A DNA stretch of 58,198 bases. Origin: Octopus bimaculoides. Its lineage: Eukaryota. A program made the position numbers and the translations under genes. The DNA is taken from NCBI RefSeq assembly GCF_001194135.2, contig NC_069005.1, positions 8,180,518 through 8,238,715 on the forward strand. The letters are read 5' to 3'. Positions 49,177 to 58,198 of this stretch are shown here, piece after piece. Positions within the stretch are counted from its first letter, which is position 1, and each line of letters begins with the position of its first letter. A model generated the notes under the pieces. It saw nothing but the letters and a program-made list of their open reading frames with translations. It was not told the origin of the DNA and did no database searches.

Positions 49177-52100
49177 NNNNNNNNNNNNNNNNNNNNNNNN
49201 NNNNNNNNNNNNNNNNNNNNNNNNNNNNNNNNNNNNNNNNNNNNNNNNNNNNNNNNNNNNNNNNNNNNNNNNNNNNNNNNNNNNNNNNNNNNNNNNNNNN
49301 NNNNNNNNNNNNNNNNNNNNNNNNNNNNNNNNNNNNNNNNNNNNNNNNNNNNNNNNNNNATATATATTTATATATGTATGTATATATATATATTTATATA
49401 TGTATGTATATATATATATTTATATATGTATGTATATATATATATTTATATATGTATGTATATATATATATACATTATATATGTGTATATATATATATAT
49501 ATCCTTTCAAAATCTCATCCTGTGGCTGTTGCCAAAGTGCTGGGAATTGTTTATTACTCACACAGTATCAGACAAAATGCTTTGTAGTATTTTTCTTTTG
49601 TTTTTTGCTCTTTACATTCAAAGTTCAAATCCAGTTGATGACAATTTTATCTTTCATCCCTCTGTGGGGGTTGATAAAATAAAGTACCAGTCAAGTACCA
49701 GGATTCGTGGTATTTTGGGGTCAATAAATTAAGTACCGGTCAAGCATTAGGGTCGATGTAATCAAGTAGCTGCTTCCTCCAAAATTTCAGGCCTTATGCC
49801 TGTAGTAGAAGGATCATTATAAGGACAAACAGCAGTGAAATGATAAAATTGGTAAGGCATCTGAGAAAATGTCTTGAAGAGAGGAATTTACTTGCATAGT
49901 ATTACATTCCTAGTTCAAATCCTACCCAGGTCCGATTTGCCTTTCATTTTTCTAAGGATCAATAAAACTAAATACCAGGCACGTACTGGAGTTGATATAC
50001 TCAAACAATCTCCCCATCGCAAATATCTAGTTTTGTGCTTTTCTAAGAAATTATTAATGATGGTCAATTATTAGATAATTGTCAAAAACATCAAATGAAG
50101 TGTTGCAGTATTTGATCTAGATCTTTGCATTCTGACTTCAAATCCTGTTGAGTTTAACTTTGCCTTTTAACCTTCTGGGATCAATAAAATAAAATACCAT
50201 TCACATATTAGGGTCATTTTAACCAACGAAGCACTTCCAGCAAATTTGTGGCCTTCTTCCTATGGTAGAAATTATTATTATTATTGTTACTGCTGTATAT
50301 TGTTTTGTACATATGAAAGCCATATTTGTAAGGCAAGCTATTTATTACATATAAATATTGGTTAAAGTATGTAACAATAATAATAATAGTAATGACAATC
50401 ATTATTATTAATCTGATAATTATTACTTGTTTTTTTCAAAGCATATATAATATAAATTTATTTCCTCCAGATTTTAATTGATGAAGTGATGATGGAAGTA
50501 ACAAACTCAGAAAAAGGCCACTCCACACTCTTCAACCATGGATAAATTTATACAGATCTTATATAATTTATCACACATTATCATCTGTATGTAATGTGGT
50601 TTGAATTGGAATGGTACTTAAAAAAATTGTAACCAATATTAAACTTATGCTATATTGATACTGTCTGTTAAACAATCTGATCTGAGATTTGTATCGTGAA
50701 TGTAATCCATTTGCATCAGGAAGGAGTCATGGCAGCTTTTTAAAACACACACGTGTTGTTATATTCGCTTTAGTTTTCTCATTGCTTTTATGAGATATAC
50801 ATCATTAATTATTAAAGTGTTTTTTGTCACTTCTACAACCTGTCAATTCTTATCAGTTTGGACATCATTGTCAAACAAAATTATGGTGTAAAAATTAAAT
50901 GGATGTATAATATTTGCATTTTGTGACCATGTAATGTATCTGTGAATTCTATACTAGTGTTTGTGTATTTATATTTGTACATGTGAATGCTAGTGCATTA
51001 GATGGTTACATAAACTGAAAGCATAAATGGATGTGTGTACTTTATTTTAATATAAATGTATGCAAAGTTGATAGATATGTTTCGTGTGTTGTGTATGAGT
51101 AGAATACATGTTGAACCACTTACTTAGTTTCTTTTCTATGTTTTTCTTTTGCAAAGCAAAATCAAAAAAAAACTTCAATAGATTTGCCTGTAGGAAAAAA
51201 CACATAAATAAGATTTACTGATTTTATAAAATTTGTCATTTTTGAAAATAAGTTTGATGCTTGTATCAATAAGAAGGTGTTTATTTTAAAATGTGACAGA
51301 CTTTATTTGTCTGATGAATTGTGATAATGGTTAAGTGCCTTTGTTTCTTTGCAGCTCTGTTCTGTGTGAAACCCTTAAAGTTAAGGATTTAATTCCATTG
51401 AAAAACCTTAAAATGTTGTCATCTTATCTTTTTCAATGAAATTCTTTTTATTTAAATTGAGTTCTGAAAAGATTTAAAAGAAAAAACAAAAGAATCAAGT
51501 TGACCAATTATTTTCTCTGAAACTGGTTTTTATTATTATTTGTCCATGTTCTGGAGTTTATTTGGTTGGTTGTTCATTTTCGGAACCAAATTAAGAATGC
51601 ATCAATCTTGGAGTAGAATTTTCTAATGAGGGTCAAAGTTGAGATTAATTACATTATTTTTTTGTTGCTATTTTTCTTTTTCTTATATTATATAAGAGAT
51701 AAATTGTAAATATATATATATAGGGTACTGGATTATATCAGCCTGCTACCCTAACAATGCTCTCTTTCTATGTCTTTATGTTCTGAATCCAAGATTCTTG
51801 AAGACTTGGCTTTGTCTTTCATCCCCATAGTTGATAAAAATAAGAATTAGGTATAAGTTGTAAGCACTGAATTTAATCTAATGGCCATTTTTCAGTCTTC
51901 TACAGATTTGTAGCATCTGTACCAATGTAACCAATCAATATTTATCAAGTTTGTTATCTTAAAATGGTTTGTCTTGTTCAATTTGACAATCGTAGCTCAT
52001 GAAAAAAGAGTAAGATTAACTCATTTATGAAATAGAAAAGAAAAAAAAACTTTATGCTAATCAATACAATTATTTACACAATAAAAATAAAACAATATCT

Positions 52101-52797
52101 TAAAATATCATTCAGTTAATTTTATTTTAATGTTTTTTAGAAAACTGCTTAAAGCTATTTAAAAATTTCAATTCTCTTTTTGTTTTTTAGCCTTATTAAT
52201 TAACCGATTAATCTATTTATTTATTTAAAATCTGTGTTTTATATATTATTATTATTATTATTAATAATAATAATAAGGTGCTGAGTTGGCAGAATTGTTA
52301 AAATGTTAATAATGCTTTGGAGCATTTGTTCTGTCACTTTATGTGATGATTTAAAATTTTGTTGTGGTCAGTTCCATCTTTCATCCCTCCGGGGTTGATA
52401 ACATAAAATACTTGTCAAGCACTTGGGGACAATGGTATCGACTCAGCCCCCACCCCCATTTCAGAATTACTGGCCTTGTGCTAAACTTTAAAACAACAAT
52501 TATTTTTTATTTTTATTATTGTTATAAAGTGGCAAGTTGGCAGAATTGTTACTGTACCAGACAAAATGCTTAGTAGCGTTTCTTCCAGTTCTTTACAATC
52601 TGAGTTCAAATTCTTCTGGGATTGAATTTGTCTTTGACCTTTTCAGCATCAATAAAATAAGTATCAGTTGAGCACTGGGGTGGATGAAATCAACTGGTCC
52701 CTTCCTGCCAAAATTTCAGGCCTTGATGCCTATGATAGAAAGAATTATTATTATCAGTCGCCTTCAGCCATTTGTCTACATCTTTATTTTCATCCCC

Positions 52798-52850
<53 letters not shown>

Positions 52851-53165
52851 GCATAGCAAAAAAAATAGAAGAATGCCATTGTCATCAAGTGAACGATATT
52901 TCGACATCTCGTGTGTCTTTCACAGGTTCAAAAAATAAACGTGTCAATTGACTTNNNNNNNNNNNNNNNNNNNNNNNNNNNNNNNNNNNNNNNNNNNNNN
53001 NNNNNNNNNNNNNNNNNNNNNNNNNNNNNNNNNNNNNNNNNNNNNNNNNNNNNNNNNNNNNNNNNNNNNNNNNNNNNNNNNNNNNNNNNNNNNNNNNNNN
53101 NNNNNNNNNNNNNNNNNNNNNNNNNNNNNNNNNNNNNNNNNNNNNNNNNNNNNNNNNNNNNNNNN

Positions 53166-53453
53166 TTAATTTTTATAACGTGCTTTCACTTCACTACCGA
53201 GCACAGCTCTGTGCGCCTTGGGTATGTGCTGTGGTTTGCTGTGGTGCTCTTATGTTTACTGTATTGAAAGTGTTTTGCGTAGAATGTGTGCAGTGCCCAG
53301 TAGTGCAATTTTCTGTATGTTATATATATTTGTAAGTCCTGGTGTTTTTGTTATGTATTTGTCTGAATATTTTTTTATTATACCTAAGGCACCTACTATG
53401 ATAGGAATTGTTTCTGTTTTTAGATTCCACATTCGAGTTATCTCTATTTCCAG
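53166..53453 (-). mobile_element. Second, shorter copy of the same LINE 3' end
   Basis: About 3 differences from 45740-46093 over about 285 aligned bp (manual); contiguous across the position where copy 1 has a 65-N gap; followed by (ATT)n. Confidence 0.9.
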
Positions 53454-53477
53454 TTATTATCATTATTATTATTATTA

Positions 53478-53527
<50 letters not shown>

Positions 53528-54206
53528 GAGTAAGAGAGCAGTGCATGCCATATCGTTATCATTATTGAGTACTGAGACCCTCATTAGTTATTCTACTCCA
53601 ACAAAATGTATGCCATTTTTTTTTTTTTTGCCTCTGAGAGAAGGGTTAGAAAACTTGAAAATAATTAGCCGATTCTTCCCTTTTCTCAGTTTTTGGAATG
53701 GTTTAGCCAAGATAAAAGAATCTTTTTAAACATTCTTCATCTAGAAGCTAAACCATTTCATGAAGATCTTTCATGATGATATCATTTTGTTTACCTTTTT
53801 CATCTTTGTTTGTTTTGAATTGAAACATATATATACACATACATACATATATATGTACGTATGTATGTATGTATGTATATACTGATATACTGGAAAGTAT
53901 ATTATAACTGGCGTATTTACATTCTTAATTACTTTTTCCTCTCTTTCTTTTATTTGACACTTAAAAAAAAAATAGACACCCCTGTCCCACCTTTTTTTGT
54001 TTCTTTTTTTGCCATTTTCAAACTACATGTGTTTATTTGAATAAAGTCTTGGCAGTGACAAATTAACAGATGGAGAACACTGACACTGTTTACAAGGAAT
54101 GTAACACAAGCTATACTCAAAGAAGCCCGTCGAGTCTTACTCGACATATTTCTAGCCCTGTTTCATATTCATTCCCATCTTTAAGATGAAGTGGTTGACC
54201 ACCTTC

Positions 54207-54329
54207 TTAGGTAATGTCAAGGAATTGGAAAAGCGAGGATCTTTGATTGTGGATGATGTGTCCGGAGTTCTTCACAACATCCTCTGTTACCTTAACCCCG
54301 TCAGGTTTGTATCTGTTATAAGGAATATT
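54207..54329 (-). CDS. Candidate terminal coding exon of an unidentified minus-strand gene
   Basis: Minus strand: T11-AAATCCCTAG acceptor, then NIPYNRYKPDGVKVTEDVVKNSGHIIHNQRSSLFQFLDIT-TAA; non-repetitive and more GC-rich than its flanks; AATAAA on minus at 54037-54032 and 53954-53949. Protein not recognised. Confidence 0.4.
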   Translation of the reverse strand, partial: NIPYNRYKPDGVKVTEDVVKNSGHIIHNQRSSLFQFLDIT

Positions 54330-55537
54330 CTAGGGATTTAAAAAAAAAAATATTTAAATTTTATTTGTGTTTTTTTTTTTTTTAATGAAATGTGTTTGAA
54401 GGGTGATATAAAAAGGAGATTTATACTTGGAATGGTAAGAATTCTTTGTCTCAGTGCAAGATTATTTACTCCAGTTTGCTAACTTTTTTTTTTTTTGCAT
54501 TCCAACACCACCCATCACTTTTCACTTTGATATGTGATAGGGGCAGACATTTGGGTTCTTGTTTTGATTGGGTTAGGTTTTGGGCACTGGTGGTGCTGCT
54601 TGTGGTGATGGTGGTGGTGGTGGTGGTGGTGGTGAGAGCTTTGGTAATGTTGAATTTGGTGCTTGGGGGAATTTAAATAGCATATGAGCAAATTTATATT
54701 AGAGATTTAATTTATTTTTTAACCGTTGTTTTAATTATTGCTGTTGTTGTTGTTGTTGTCACCTTTGCACTTGTTATCAGAATGTTAATAATAAAATGGA
54801 CAAAAGGTAAAAAATTAAATTTAAACATTTATTTAATACGAATATGAATAACTATATCTAATATTAATGAATAAAAAATTATAGAAATAAATATAAAATG
54901 TATAACAATATAATATAAATATAGTATTAAAATACATAAGAAAAGTATATATTGAAATGGTAAATAAGTGATATAAATGAATTATAAAGTAAATCTTGTA
55001 AAATTATATAATATAAATAAAAATATTAATTAAAGAGTAAATAATACAAAATTATATAAACTAAACACAATACAATGATATTAAGTGAATATAATTTTTA
55101 AAATGCCAAGATTAAATATATATATATAAAATAAAGGTTAATAGTATATAACGAATATGATATAAATTTAAATAATTTAGATTTGTAAACAACTTGTAGA
55201 TATAAGTGCTACCAGTTCAAAGCTCCGCATACTGGATACTAGCAAGTTTATGGGGACATCAGGAGAGAATGTGTGCTGTTTTGGGGCCTTCCTTTCAATG
55301 ACAGTGTTGTGCACCAGACCCCTCCTCAGTGAAATGATATAAATTAAAATAACTTAGCTATAAAATTATATAAAGGAAATAAAAAATACATATAAAAAAA
55401 TCTAAAATTATAAGTCCCTGTAAGTACCAGGCTTGAGAAGAATTAGGTACCTGGGTCAATTCATATGACTAAGAATTGTTCAAAGTGGTGGTCCAGCATG
55501 ACCACACTTTAATGACTAAAACAAGTAAAAAGATAAA

Positions 55538-55591
<54 letters not shown>

Positions 55592-56260
55592 TATAAATAT
55601 AAGGGTTACAAATTAGCATTAAAATATAAACAAAACAGTGCTAACGTGGCTGTGTGGTTAAGAAATTCAATTTGTAACTACTTGGTTCCTGGTTCAATCT
55701 TACTACCTGGCACTTTAGGCAAATATTTACTACTATAGCCTTATCCAGATCTATATCTGTATTGTGAGTGGCATTTCATGGATAGAAATTGTGTGAAAGC
55801 ACACCGTATACATAAATACATTCATACATATATATATATATATATAAATGTATGTGTGGATGTATGTATACAATGTGTGTACATGTCCATCCTTATCTGT
55901 CTTTGTCTTGCACCAATCTGAAATCCAGAGGTGTGTCTGTCATGTCTCTTTATGTCTTATGACTTAGCAGTTTGGCAACTAGATATCGATAAAATACATA
56001 TGAGACTGAAATAAGTCCTGGGATCACTATAATTGACTGTAACTGATAGAATAGTAAATATATATGCACGTAAACTACATATATATAGTGTGTGTGTAAA
56101 TGCATATGTATATGAACATGCATGTATATATACTTAAATGTATGTGTGTACATATATCTATATATAGATACATATGTATGTGTGTGTCTATGTATATGTG
56201 TATATATATATATATATGTATGTGTGTATATATGTATATGTGTATATACATATATGTATG

Positions 56261-56313
<53 letters not shown>

Positions 56314-56584
56314 TCTTTATTACCCAGCAGCTGTACAGAATAAGCAAACAAATAGATTAGTACAACCATTTTTAATCAAAAAATGTGAATAATGTTTTTG
56401 ATTTATTGAAAAAATGATTCCCTTGCACTCTCTTCACTATTCACACTCTATCTTTCATTATCTTGTTTTCTCTGTTTGTCTCTCTGTCTCTCTCTTTCTC
56501 TCTCATGTGTGAAGATAATGAAAATATTCAGTCAATATATACAAATACACCTTTATATACCCACTTACACATGCATAAGCATGC

Positions 56585-56635
<51 letters not shown>

Positions 56636-58198
56636 CACACGTGCATATAATTATATATGTATGTATATAATCTTACGTTATCAGTGGTAATATCACATGA
56701 AATTTCTATATACATACATCTATACACATGCACAAACACAAATAAACGTATACACAAAGAATTGTGCGATGTATAAACTAACACTAAATACATGCACACA
56801 GATCTATTCATATACACATATAAATATATAGAAATAATTAAAGTGCATTGTACTGAATAATGTAGGAAAGAAAATTTCACAATAAATATAAATTGCCCCC
56901 CTTAATGAGAGAAAGGAAACAAAAAATCTAGCAGTAATTGGATCTGACTCTTACAAAAAAGTGGAGGGGAGTTTATTTTAAGAAACTAAGAATTAAATTT
57001 ACAAACTCTTTTAGTTGGAGAAAAGGAACAAAAACCTAGAAGTAATTGTATGTAACTCTTACAAAAAGGGGAGATAATTTTCAGAAATTAAGAATTAAAT
57101 TCACAAAATTAATTTGCAATATATATTTACAAACGTGTGTATGTATATACCTCATGGAGGCCCTATCCTGATATCACTTGTAGAAATAGATTTAGAAGAC
57201 AATTATATATGTGTGTTTTTTCTTTTGTTTTTGTATTTTTTAATAGTTTGTGTATTAGCTGAGCTTTAATATGTTTCTTAGACTAGAAGTTGAACAAGAT
57301 TAAAAAAGAAAATTTAGTGTAGAGCTTTTTAACTAAAACATGTAGTTTCATACTATATATATGTGCACGTGTGTGTGTGTGTGTGTGTAAATTTGTGTGT
57401 GTATATGCTTGCTTTTTATAATCTAACACTATTTTAGATTGATCCCTGTCCTTTATGATACAGTAGGTGCTATATATACATGTATGTATATATATATATA
57501 TATATATGTATTTATATATATATGTATGTGTATATATATATATGTATGTATATATATGTATATATATATGTATGNNNNNNNNNNTATATGTATATATATA
57601 TGTATGCATGTATGTATATACATATATATACATACATAGATACATACATACACATATATATATATATATATATATGTCTTGCTTTTAATAATATTGAATT
57701 TTTTGTTTTCATATTTATGTTGGGAGCTTTGTAAGTTCTGCTTCTTATGGAAGTAGCTAAGTGCAATCTTGTTCTTTTCTCTGTTATTAATTTATTTATT
57801 TATTTTTGTTTTGTTTTGTGTTGCTTGGAGACTCTGTTGTGTGTTAGCTAAAACTACAGCTATTCTTTTGGTATGTGATTTTACAAAAAATTCGAAACAT
57901 CGTCTGGCAGCTAATCCAGAAAGAAGAACACAGGAAGGTGGTGGAACACATATTTTATATATATTTTGGATCTATTGCGTTTGGAAAAACATAAGAAAAA
58001 TGAAAGCAAAAAAAAAAAAAGAAAAAAGAAACAAACAAAAACAATCAACTACATACAAATTTATTAATTTTATCTTTATAACAAACAAAAAAGAAGCATA
58101 AATCCGTACCCGTCTTTATGAAATTGAGCTTTGTTAATTATTATTATTATTATTATTATTTGTTTATTTAATTATTTGTTCAGAGTGATGGAGTGACA

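Noticed and set aside
54800-55200. Extremely AT-rich tract as an origin or organelle insert
   Set aside because: No internal repeat structure or gene remnant is recognisable; consistent with low-complexity background.
1085-58101. The large majority of ORFs in the supplied track (HTHT, YIYI, CVCV, poly-L/I/Y/N/Q and X-filled ORFs)
   Set aside because: They are translations of (CA)n, (TA)n, (ATT)n and (GTT)n microsatellites, SINE bodies or N gaps.

Overview
This is AT-rich, microsatellite- and SINE-dense animal genomic DNA with about 13 N gaps; the repeat families look like those of octopod cephalopods (inference from recall, not a search). The one securely identified gene is a complete mitochondrial-type pyruvate carboxylase on the + strand. 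It has 20 coding exons from ATG 14630 to TAG 40388, all with GT-AG introns and mutually compatible phases, summing by hand to 3585 nt (1194 aa plus stop). It carries a presequence-like N-terminus and the biotin carboxylase, carboxyltransferase and biotin-carrier (AMKM) domains. The rest is mostly transposon-derived: several tRNA-headed SINE families, hAT, mariner and piggyBac-type MITEs, Helentron-like elements and fragments of three restriction-like-endonuclease LINEs. Two unannotated exon candidates lie at 48-54 kb. Almost all ORFs in the supplied track are microsatellite or N artefacts. I do not see a clearly new multi-gene system. The best leads are RNA-level and transposon-level: (1) an inverted SINE pair enclosing PC exon 3; (2) a duplicated exon-10 junction whose acceptor is AA instead of AG, potentially reactivatable by A-to-I editing; (3) (ATT)n microsatellites used as shared landing pads by a young Dong/R4-like LINE and other elements; (4) a strand-polarity switch of one SINE family just upstream of PC; (5) a 132-bp hairpin and a perfect 62-bp palindrome.
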